Assembly: GCA_965202585.1 (NCBI GenBank)
Contig: OZ241830.1
Coordinates: forward strand, 33,108,001-33,172,000
DNA from: Thalia democratica
Taxonomy: Eukaryota
Direction of reading: 5' to 3'
Length of the DNA stretch: 64,000 nt
Part shown: positions 51,038 to 62,068 of the stretch, piece by piece
How positions within the stretch are numbered: the stretch's first letter is position 1
Layout: every line of letters starts with the position of its first letter
Made by a program: the position numbers and the translations under genes
The notes under the pieces: generated by a model
What the model was told of the DNA's origin: nothing
The model's input: only the letters and a program-made list of their open reading frames with translations
Database searches by the model: none

Positions 51038-54000
51038 TTTAGTTTTTAAGAGTGTAGTTTTATAAAAAGCTGTGAAAATTAAATAAACTCAAATATAAAT
51101 TATTTACTTTTACTTTATTTAAACTTGCTATTTTTCTCTTATAGCCTCCTTGCTTTCAAATAGAAACTTTATCAAATGTCAAAATGATTGAAAGCCCACT
51201 GAGCTAGAAATAAAGGTTTATTTACTTTAAAGCTTTTAAACCAAAACTTACCGTGTCCTAAGATTTTAGTACTCCAATTAAAAAAAATCCTTATATAATA
51301 AACATTTTTAACAATAGTCCTTAAATTATTCTTTGTTAACTGACATAACTTCAGTTGTTGATAGTAGTTTCAAAATTATTTTAAAGTTGTCAATTTATTA
51401 AATGTTAGCTTTCCTCGTTATTATTTCTCGAAGATATATTTACAAGTAATATTCTCAACTTTGGACTCACTATGGATGGTTAATATAAAAATTTATAACA
51501 AGATTACTATTCTACTTTTAGAACAGCTTACTAATTTTCTCTATTGGAAGTCTTTACATTTTAAAAGAAATGTTTTATAAAATCTTGTTAGTTATTGATT
51601 GTTAAGTTTCTAATATTTTTCACAAGAACTCGACAATTAAGGTTTCCTGATAAGTCTCAGACTGAAAGCAAAATAAAGCCGTGATTATGTAGAATAGTTG
51701 TTTACCGGGTCCAAATGCTGAAACCTGGTCAGATACGGTCATAGTTCGCCGATATCCGCGTCCGATCAGATTTTAATTTAAACAATGACTTGAACATCGT
51801 TCCATCTAGATTTCGATTTTAATAAAAGTTCTTTTTTGTAATAATCAGGTCTAAATTTAAACCTTGATCCGTTAAAACTTGTTTTAGAATTAAGCTTGGC
51901 AAGATCTGAACCTTATTTTGAAATTGAGATCTGTCCAGGACCAGACTAAAAATTTTTTTTAGTCAAAATTTTGTTTTATCCGTACCTTACAAACTATGGC
52001 TAGATTTGATTCGATTCTGCACTTGGAATCGTTAAGTAAATAATATAATCTTTTATTTATAAAGTTTAATACTTAGCAAAATTCTATCATGAAACAAAGT
52101 GAATATGTATTAAGAAAAACTTTTTGCAGTCTCTGTTACTTTTGTATATGAATCATCAGAACACAAATTTAAGTTTATAAAGTTTCTAAGAACTAATTAC
52201 ACATAACACTACATTTTGGTCGAATGTTATAACATGATATATCAAAAGAAACTTTTTGTTTAAGCCATATTTAAACTATTTTTGAATCATCTTTTCATTA
52301 TGTTATTTCAATTTAAAAAAAGGAAAATTGACAGGTTCTTAATTTATAATTTTCAAATTGTGAAAACCATTATATAATAAAAATAAACGCTTATATATTA
52401 CTCAAAGATAATATTTTGTTTAAAAACTTACTTTAACTAGTTGCACTTATATTTTTGCATAAAAACTACATTAATAAAACAAATTAAAAAATTCAACTAA
52501 GTCTTTAATAAATTGATAATAAACTGAAATTTATAGAATTAACGTAATCTTCATAGGAATTAAAACACGAAATATATTATATAAATAGAAGGTGTCACTA
52601 ACAGTTATATAAAATTAAATAGTTTAAATATACACATCTATAAAACGTTCTTGTTGTAATCAAATTATGCTTATTTAGGTTTGCTCTGTAAAATATAAGT
52701 TACTAGAACAGCTTAAAGACATAATCCATTGGAATAACTTTAAACCCTAAATGTAAATTTCAATTAAACCTAAAAACCTGTTTTTTTTTTAATTCGTTTG
52801 TATAGCTTAAGCCTGTCTTAGTCAATTAGATTTACTAAAAAAAACTGAATATGGAAACTAAATGTTTAAGAAGTTAAAAACTACAAAAAAACTAAAAGAT
52901 AAAAAGTTAAGTACTTTCGAATTAGTAACAGATTAAAATGTGTCATTAAATGGCTGATTAACAAACTTTGTTATGCTGTTTTTATAAGTAATGATTTTTG
53001 CAAGTACAAAAATAATCGATTTTATCTTTATTAGACTTTATCTAATAAGACACTAAACTGAATTATGATTGATTTAAGTAATCTACACACTAAAATTGGT
53101 TCTCTTATCTTGTAACCGATTTTTACTCATATCAGTTTAAATCATAGTAGATTAAAACATTATCTTTCTGTGAAATTTTTTACGACTAGATTAGTGATTA
53201 TTTTTTTTTCTTTATTACTAAATTATCATAAATTTTAGTAAAACTTAAAGTGTTTTAAATTATTATAATTGTATTTAAAGTACGCTATTGCTTTGAACTT
53301 TACTTTTATAAAACAAATTTTAATTTCGGTAGTTTTAAAATAACAACAATTACTTCTTAGAAGCATTTTTCAAATTGTTATTTTGTTTGAAAACAACTTT
53401 TAGTTCTCTTAAGTTTTAAAAACAACTAAAATACTTATATAACTCCATGTCCTTATAAGTTTATTTTTAGTTTTAAAAACTTCACTGATTTATGTTTTTC
53501 TAATGCAACCAAATTCTTAAAGCATTTTAACTTTATCATAACTTTTTAATACAACACCTTTTTATGGTCTCCAACTATTACTAATTAAAAGTTTATTTCA
53601 ATTTTAGAACGAATATTCTTAAACTTAATAAAGCAAATGACATACCAAGAACAATGTACTACAAAATAACCACCTTGTTTTTTATTTGAAGATGTCAAAT
53701 CAAATGTAAGCTCAAAGTCTATAAATTGTCTTCGTTTTTTTGACCAAAAATAAATACTAGTGATAAGTTATAGAGTATATTTTTTTTAACTTTATGCAGC
53801 TTTCTAACTGTTGTAGGGTTTTTTTTTCTTACTTTAGCTTGTTAGCAGTTTTACCAATCAAATTTACAACTAAGACTTTAAAAAGTACAACTACAACAAT
53901 GAAAATAAGTTTGTTTCAAAATATCCGCAAGTAATTGCAAATACAAGTTTAGAATTAAAGCTTAAATTGTTATAAGTAAACTCATGAGGATAAGTTTTCA

Positions 54001-55489
54001 ATTTATGATGTTACTGGAAAGCTGCATAAAAATGCTAAAGTATTTTGTATAGTGAATATTTATTTTTAGTTTTTATTTCAATATAAACAACATTAACTTT
54101 TTAATATAAAAACCGTGGTTTACCAGAACAATATAATTTGTTCAGAACTTAGTTATTTACTACCATGCCAAAAATTTTATAAAGTAATTATTTTTGTATA
54201 CCTTGTAAAGTTATTTAAAACGGTATACCATCATTGGAACGATTGTTAGTGGCTTGTTTCTAAAATTATTTTCATTAGTGTCAATTATAAGTACATAACC
54301 AATTTGAAAGTGACAATTTATAAAAAAATGTTATAAAATCTTAAAATTTCTGGTCAAAAAGTTTGAAACTTCTTTTTATGACGTATTAAGAACCTCGTTC
54401 TAATTTTTTTTAAAAAGTCTGAAATTGCTGTGAAACTTTTTCCAATGATGATCATAACTAGATGAGTGGTAGTTTTCATTCTGTTCGACGTGAATTCAGG
54501 TCAACAGAGATGTAATAATAGCAAAATACAACGAAAAGTGGTTACAACCGCCAGAGTCCTTCGACCAATTAAAGAAATCGAGAATTCCCTGACGTGAATT
54601 CGTGAAGATTCGCAGGGTGCGGTGCAAATGACTAAATTCTGACGAATGTTATTTTTTAGGGATGATCCGCAAAGCTGCCTTATTTTTGCTGCGGGTTGCT
54701 GTACATTGAAAAAATATATTTAAAAATATGTTTATATATGGATTAAAAGATCATACAATTACCAATGCGGAAGGGACTTTTGGAGTGGAAATAGTATCAG
54801 GAGAAGACGAACTCAATCCTGTAGATAAGGCAAAAAAAAAACTTTGCGATGAGGGTTCATTTATTCAACCATTAGGAATGGCTATATCATCAGCTATATA
54901 GATTAAAAAAACACATAATTATCAAGGCGTAAGAGACTTATGGAGTCATTGAGAATAATTATAAGCAGACATACATGCTCAATATGCATTACGAAGAAAA
55001 CTGATCAAGGGTTGAGCTTAATTTCATTTGTAAGCAGTTAGTTTTATATTTTTTCACTTCTTCTAGAAAAGAGAAAAGCTTAAAATTACATAATTAACTT
55101 TGTGTTTTATACACATAGTTGCACTTAACATAGAATTAAGGACATAGTAGATCAGTTTCTCAAAAATAAAAAATTCCTGGCAACTTTAGTAAATCGAAGT
55201 GCAACAGTCAGTAAGGGGACTATAACTAGTAAGGCGGCAATAAGTAGCTCAATACTACAACGAACAATTCTATGGCTTGTAATTGAAAACTGCACAAGTT
55301 CTGAAGGAAAATTAACGGGAGATTAGAAAGTTACACTAAATGATCTGGACTTGTAATAAAGATAAGCGGTTGTTTTAAAAAGTTTTTAAAAAAGAGGCAT
55401 CTATGGAAATGAGTTAGGGAAAACCTTGTTTGAACGTACACGATCAACAAAAAAATTGGTACACATATATAGCTCTCTAATTAACCTTA

Positions 55490-57192
55490 CAGGGTTGCCA
55501 AAGGTTAAGAAAATCCCAGTTTTTAAAGTACAATTTTTTTAGTCCAATTCTAGTATAAGATTAGATTTAAGGTAAAAAATTGTAAAAAAAATAAAACATA
55601 TTGAAAAGATACTGGGTATGTTTTATATTATTATTATTGGAGTTTATTGTGCAAAGATGGACTTGGGCATTAAAACTTGAGCCGCTAAAACAATACACAC
55701 GAAAAAAGAAACAAACAAATTATATTCAATGAAAATAAAAAAACTAAACATAATATAGTAAGAAATACAAACAAGTAGTCCTGTATGATCAATTATAACT
55801 TAGTATGCACAAAAAATAAAACGAAATAAATTCTCATATAAAAACTTATGCATTAACTATAAAAGATTACACATTTACAAAAATTATTTATAACAACTTA
55901 TAATCTGTAGGGGGAAGGCGTAGGGAAAAAAATTATTGTTAGTCATACTAGTACTTAAAAATAAGTAAATAAAATTTATTTCAAACCATCCTAGCATTAT
56001 AGTGAATTTTGCAATCGATAATCACTGTATTTTACTTGTGTTTATATCATTTAAATCTTTTTTTTTTTTAGTTTTAATCGAAATTGTTCCACCCTCCCAC
56101 ACGAAACCACATCCTGCGGTAACCTATTCCACATATTTATTGTTCTGCAGAAAAAAGAATTATGCCACTGACTGCTATTGAAATTATATATTTACATTTA
56201 TTTTTTTATCATTTGCTCTCGAATTATAATTGGTCTGAGAAACAACAAAAAACTGATTGAGAAATTCTTTATATTTACCTTTAACAATTTTGAAAAGTGC
56301 TATCAAATCAAACTGCCATCTTCTATATTCTAGAGACTCCAATCTGAGCTTTACCAATCTATCTTTGTATGAGGTATTTTAAATGTTGCATCTATTACAA
56401 ACAAAACGGGTAAAATTTTCCTGCACAGACTCAATCCTAATAATGTCTTTTTTTAAATAGGGGGACCATATTGAGGTATTGTATTCGAGTTTAGGGCAAA
56501 CGTAGATTTTCAATAGTTTAGAAAGAATGCTGGCAGAACTGGTCTTAAAACTTTTAAGTATTTCATAAGATGAATTTTGAGCAATTTTGTATAAATTATG
56601 TTCCATTTTATATTTTCAGATATATATATTCCTAAGTTTTTTAAAAAGTTTTCTGCTGGTATTTTAGTTTTATTGGTTAAAACGTTGATAGGGAAGGGTT
56701 TATTTTTATTAATGTTTAGAATTTGGAATTTTTTTGGATTTAAATCAAGTTTTCTTGTTTTCAGCCATTCGTGAATATTATCTAATGTTAATTGTAAGGA
56801 AGTTTCCGACTTGCTAAATACTTTTGCGTCATCTGCAAATAGACTTATTTCGCTTTGAATGTAAGTATTTTAAGTGATATCGTTAATGTAGATTAAAAAA
56901 AGAAGAGGATAAATGACTCCACTTATATATATTTACTTTTTTTAAAAGTAACATAAAAAAAATTAGTGTTCATAATATATTTTTTTATTTCTGGTCTAAT
57001 TTTTATTATTTTTAATTAAAAATTGTTTGAAAATCCATATATTTCCAGTTTTTAAGTGATTTCTGTTCAAAACTCCAGATTTTTTAATGATTTTTCAAGA
57101 TTTTTTAAATTGCAATTATTTTCCAGATTTTTTTGCCTTTATTGTAAAATTTCAGGTATTTCTAGGTTTTTTTTTTATTTTTGGCAACCCTG
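55490..57192. mobile_element. Non-autonomous hAT-like TIR element (CAGGGTTGCCAA ends)
   Basis: CAGGGTTGCCAA at 55490-55501 and TTGGCAACCCTG at 57181-57192, with repeated (c/t)CCAGATTTT-type subterminal motifs. No clean 8-bp TSD. Confidence 0.55.
55975..56910 (-). mobile_element. Decayed 3' fragment of a CR1/L2-type LINE (reverse transcriptase ORF2)
   Basis: The minus strand encodes PLLFLIYINDI...SLFADDAKVF, then YVCPKLEYNTSIWSPYLKKDIIRIESVQ, YKDRLVKLRLESLEYRRWQFDLIALFKIVKG and FFCRTINMWNRLPQDVV, with stops and frameshifts. Confidence 0.88.
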
Positions 57193-59418
57193 ACCATAGC
57201 TATAACTTTTTTGTTGTTCCTTTTTTTAATAACTATGACTTTACAAATTTCAAATCTAGAATATAAAATATGTTCTAAAGCATTTAATCAACAAAATAAA
57301 CTAATTCAAATTAGACTTCGTAATAGAACATTGTTTTGCTTGAAAAAAAAAACGATATAAAGTAAACAGACTTTTTATATTTTAAGTTTACTTTTAAGCT
57401 AGCTAGCTCATACATTTAAACCTACTGATTTCATATATTAAAACTATAAGCATTCGGATATACATTAGAGTTGTCAGAACTTTAGTAACAAAGAATTCTT
57501 AATATACGTTTAATTTTTAAACTCAAAGTGTCATGCTAAAGTTGCCTGTGCAGACTTTCTCATAGAATTATAGTGACTATGGTAAACATTTACCTAAGTT
57601 GCTTGAATTGTACACAACCTGAAGTGTGCTATGATTTTTAACTACGCATAACTTTGGAAACAACAGTAGTTTTCAACTTTTTACGCTAAAAATGTCAATC
57701 ACAAGAGTCAACCCCCAAACCTAAGTATTGATTTTAAAATAATATAAAATTTAAAAAAAAATGAAAGTTTGAAATAGTGTTTTATCTTTAATTTTATGTA
57801 ACACATTTTATCAATGTGTTACAATTAGATAAATGCTTAATTGTATTTTTTAAGTTGGTAATTACTGCAATTTTTTCTAAAAAGCGTAGTAACACTACAA
57901 TTTTTCTGGTTAACTAATGCATATATATAAATTTTTGCTTTATGTAGTTCAATTTAGTCATTTTAAGTTGAAACTTTACTAAACAAAACCATTTATAATA
58001 CTCTGTACACCTAAATTATATTAGATAAAAGAAAATTTTAATTACAAACTTTATAAAAAAGACTATGATAAATTATTTCAACAAAACTTGTTCACAATAA
58101 TCAGCAAAGTGTTTATAGGAATTTATTAAAATACGCCTAAATTACAATTCGAGTCAAATATTTATATTTTCTATTTATGAAGACTAATTAACAATTTTCC
58201 TGCTTTTGGTCTATTTAATCGATAGTTCTATTTTTGTTACACATCTGACTCGAGGCAAAACCTGTTAATAAATATGTTTTTTATCGTACGAACAGCTAGT
58301 TTTACATTAACAATAATTTAAATACTATTAATTAATAAAATAGCAATTTATGCTTTACTTGCACAACTCATAGTTTGAGTTTGAAATAGTAGTTTAAAAT
58401 CTTCACTAGAAAAATTAAAGTATAGTATAACTCATGAAACTTATGTTAAAATAACATAAAACAGTATCAATTTATGATTTATTTTAAAATCAAGATCCGG
58501 CCAAACTCAAATAAAATTAATTAAATATTTTTATAGACATTTATTTATCTAGTTTACACTTTGAAGTTAAGTTTTCTTTATTTGTTACCAACAGTAGATC
58601 TGAGAAATTATTGTGGTCGACGGATAAAACTAATCAGAGAGAAATTTGACGGAATTTGCAAGGATTCGTAATTTAGGGAAGTTTCAAAGTTAATAATATC
58701 AAAACAATAGTTGCTTCGAAATTATCATTAACAAGTACATCTAGAATGACATGAAATAGTAGTAAGTTTTAATAATTATTTTCTATATAAAAGCTCACTG
58801 TTACCCAGTAAGCTATAAACGGTAAGCACTTTTTTGGTGATTAGTAAACTAAACAAAAAGTTTTATAATTCTAATGAGGAATTAATCTTTTCGAAAGTAG
58901 ATTTTTTAAGTTTTTAAGAATTACTGTAGTTTAAGTGCCGCCCATTTCTAAAAATTATCTCATCAAGAAACAACTGAAATACATTTCTAAAATTAATACG
59001 ATGAAATTAAACATAGTAAAAACTATACAAAAATACTTTTTGTACTCGTTAATTTATTTTTATCCTCTTTTATCTGATGCAGTATAGTTTAAGATAAAAT
59101 ACTAAAAAAAGTATTTGAGATTTCTAAACAAATACTTAATTTTTTTTTTATAATTTTTGTTTTCAAATACTCAATTGTGTATTAATGGAAGTCTTAGGAG
59201 TACTAAGAGTTATATAGTTAAAATACTTTTAAATAGCAATTTCAACTTTTTTTAGACTAGATCAAACAAATTGGAGAAACTAAAAAATAGTATTCACAAA
59301 ATTTGTTAAAAGCGACGTGAGCTTTATTAAGATTTCTTTATAAAATATTATTTTGTTGAAAAACCGACAACTGGCTTAGAAAAATAACCAAAAAAAATTT
59401 TTTTGACACTTTAATAAT

Positions 59419-59985
59419 TTATTTCAAAAAACATACATAAGACTCAAGTTTCAGAACAATATATATTTCATGGTTTTTTTTAATCAGTTGTATACTAAAT
59501 AATTAAGTTAAAGTTTCAAATCTAGCTTATATAGTGAAAATTTATTTAACGTAAAAGTTATTATGATAAAGCAAAGGGTAATTAACTATACGTAAGTACT
59601 TCTAATTACAATGCAAATATAAAAGAAAAAAAACATACTAATAACTTATAAAACTGTTTATAAAAAGAACGAAACAATATAATCAAAATCTTTATGTACA
59701 CACAATTTAGTTTTTCTTAACAAAATACATATAGCCTCAAGTTTAATTAAATAAAAAATGTTAAAACATTTTTTTATTAATATAAATATTTTCAATTTAT
59801 AATTACTTGGACAATCAAGGTTATCTTCTTGGTGTTCTGCAATAGCAGATCTTTTAATAGTATATACTACTCTGATAGATTTACTTTCCTTATTACTCGT
59901 TTTACAAAATTCATCAATACTTTTTGGAATATTCTCCTTTATTCTTTTGCCAAACTGCCTTGAAGTCATTCCGACATAACACTGT
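59419..59985 (-). mobile_element. Inverted copy of the 3' end (GIY-YIG C-terminus + 3' tail, pseudo-LTR) of a Penelope-like element
   Basis: The reverse complement aligns to about 60835-61389 over its whole length. ORF 59658-59969 (VGMTSRQFGKRIKENIPKS...SAIAEH...LEAICI) is a GIY-YIG C-terminus. Confidence 0.85.
59432..59497 (-). ncRNA. Degenerate hammerhead ribozyme motif in the inverted Penelope pseudo-LTR
   Basis: Minus strand reads CUGAU[11-nt insertion]GA...GAAAC-UUGA-GUC; the catalytic core is interrupted. Confidence 0.35.
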
Positions 59986-60044
59986 ACAGACTTGGGACAC
60001 CCAGTATAAGTAAACAGTTTTTGTTAACTTTTAAAGTTAACAAC

Positions 60045-61389
60045 TAGTGGTGTACAATTTACATTAAACTCACAAATGTATTCACAACATGATGGAATAG
60101 CCATGGGCTCCTTATTAGGGCCCACTTTGTCAAATATATCCATGGGCTTTATAGAAAGAAGGTGATCTCTAAGTACAATGTGACTTGTTTTAGATATGTT
60201 GACGATTGTGTTGTGTTACGAAAAGATAAGGAAGAGATTGATGAACTGCTTAGTATGTTGAACAAAACACATTCATCAATAACATTTACATCAGAAAAAG
60301 AAAATAACGATGAATTGGGTTTTCTTGACGTTTTAGTTAAACGACACAATAACCAATTTTTATCATCTGTTTATAAAAAGAAAACTTTTACTGGGAACTA
60401 TTTAAACTTTCATTCATTTTGTAGAATGAAGAGAAATACAAATTTGATAAGAAAGCTCCTGCCATCGAGCACATAAAATCTGTTCAAGTGAATTATTTAC
60501 TGATGAAAAAAAAAATAAAATAAAATTGATACTAAATAAAAATGGTTATCCACAAGAACTTGTAAATACATAATTAATTTACATCTTGAAAGTTTAAACA
60601 AAATAAAGCCAGCAGGGCCGGAGAAATATTTAATTCCTTTAGTACTACCTTATGTCAATAAGAACTCAAGAATTAAAAAGAGAAATATAAATCAATTAAT
60701 AAGTAAAACTTATCATAAAACAAAACCAATCGTTAATTTCTTATCCAAACAATTGATTAGACCTGGGGCAAAGATCCGATATCAGAAAATAAAAAAAGTA
60801 TGGTAGTTTACCAGTTGAACTGCTTCTATATAGATATGTTATATCGGAATGACTTCAATTTGGCAAAAGTATAAAGGAGCATATTCCAAAAAGTATTGAT
60901 GAATTTTGTTAAACGAGTAATAAAGAAAGTAAATCTATCAGAGTAGTAAATGCTACGAAAAGATCTGCTATTGCAGAACACTTTCTTAATAACCTTTATT
61001 GTCCAAGTAATTATAACTTGAAAAGATTTATATTTATTAAAAATTTTTTTCACATTTTTTATTTAATTAAACTTGAGGCTATATGTATTTTGTTAAGAAA
61101 ATCTAAATTGTGTAAACATAAAGACTTTGATTATATTGTTTTATAACGTGGTTTTCATAAATTGTTTTTAAAGTTTCTACGTATGTTTATTTTTTTTAAT
61201 ACCTGCATTGTATTCAGAAGTACTTGTGTATTGTTAAATACCCTTTGGTTTATTATTTTTTTTTTTTACGTTGATTACATTTTCACTATATAAGCTAAAT
61301 TTGAAACTTTTTTTTTTACTGCTTAGTATTTAACTGATGAAATATATACTGTTCTGAAATTTGAGTCTTATGTATACTTTTTGAAATAA
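60045..61389 (+). mobile_element. 5'-truncated, decayed Penelope-like retroelement (RT + GIY-YIG endonuclease)
   Basis: QFTLNSQMYSQHDGIAMGSLLGP, FRYVDD, ITFTSEKENNDELGFLDVLV, VYKKKTFTGNYLNFHS; downstream CYIGMT...IKEHIP...SAIAEH. Frameshifts are present. Confidence 0.88.
61325..61378 (+). ncRNA. Degenerate minimal type I hammerhead ribozyme at the Penelope 3' end
   Basis: AGUAU-U-UAA-CUGAUGA-(15 nt)-GAAA-U-UUGA-GUC-UUA-UGU-AUACU. Stem I can form 3+5 bp; stem II pairs poorly. Confidence 0.5.
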
Positions 61390-62025
61390 GTTAGAAAAAT
61401 AAAATAAAGCTTGTATAGTTTTGAATTTTCAAACAACTGATGTTGTTTTAGTTAAGCATTATATTAGAATAAAGAAGTTTTATAAAGTTTTTTTCAAAAA
61501 AAAAAATTTAAGTTTTTTGTGTAGTTTTTGTGAGTGACTGTGTGAGAAAAGTGTTGAAAGTTTACTATAAACTCATTGCATTTAAACACTGCTTTTTAAT
61601 TGCTTGAAGAAAAGAATAAAACAGAAACATTTTTAAAAGTAAGTGGTGAAGTTCTACCCATATATTTGCCAGACCTGATTATAGTTTTTGTTCAATAAAA
61701 CTAATTTTCTCTCTTTGATCGTTGTTTTGTTTTCAGAGTAGTATCTAAAAAGATGTTTTGATGCGGAATATAAACTTTCTTTACACTATTTGAATTTAAA
61801 TACTGCTCAATTTAATGTAAAGTAAAAATCATATTTGAATAAAAATAATAATGAAAGTCACGATGATATTTATAACCATATTTCAGTGGGAAAATTCCTG
61901 ACCTTATTAAATAATAATAGCCAGTATGTATTTCGGCCATCATCAACAAAGTTGAGATGTTTTATGCCATTGATAATAAACAATGAACTTCACCGCACGA
62001 TCAACAACAACAGCATCCTTGACAA

Positions 62026-62068
62026 TCCTACAACCGGTTTCGTCCTAATTAGGACTCATCAGGCAGGA
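62026..62068 (-). ncRNA. Near-canonical minimal type I hammerhead ribozyme
   Basis: Minus strand reads UCCUGC-CUGAUGA-GUCC-UAAUUA-GGAC-GAAA-C-CG-G-UU-GUAGGA. The core CUGAUGA/GAAA is intact, stem II GUCC/GGAC is perfect, stem I is 6 bp (one G-U) and stem III is the palindrome AACCGGUU. Predicted cleavage is after GUU, between 62032 and 62031. Confidence 0.85.

Noticed and set aside
55482-57200. Target-site duplication for the CAGGGTTGCCAA element
   Set aside because: The flanks TAACCTTA and ACCATAGC do not match, so no TSD is claimed.
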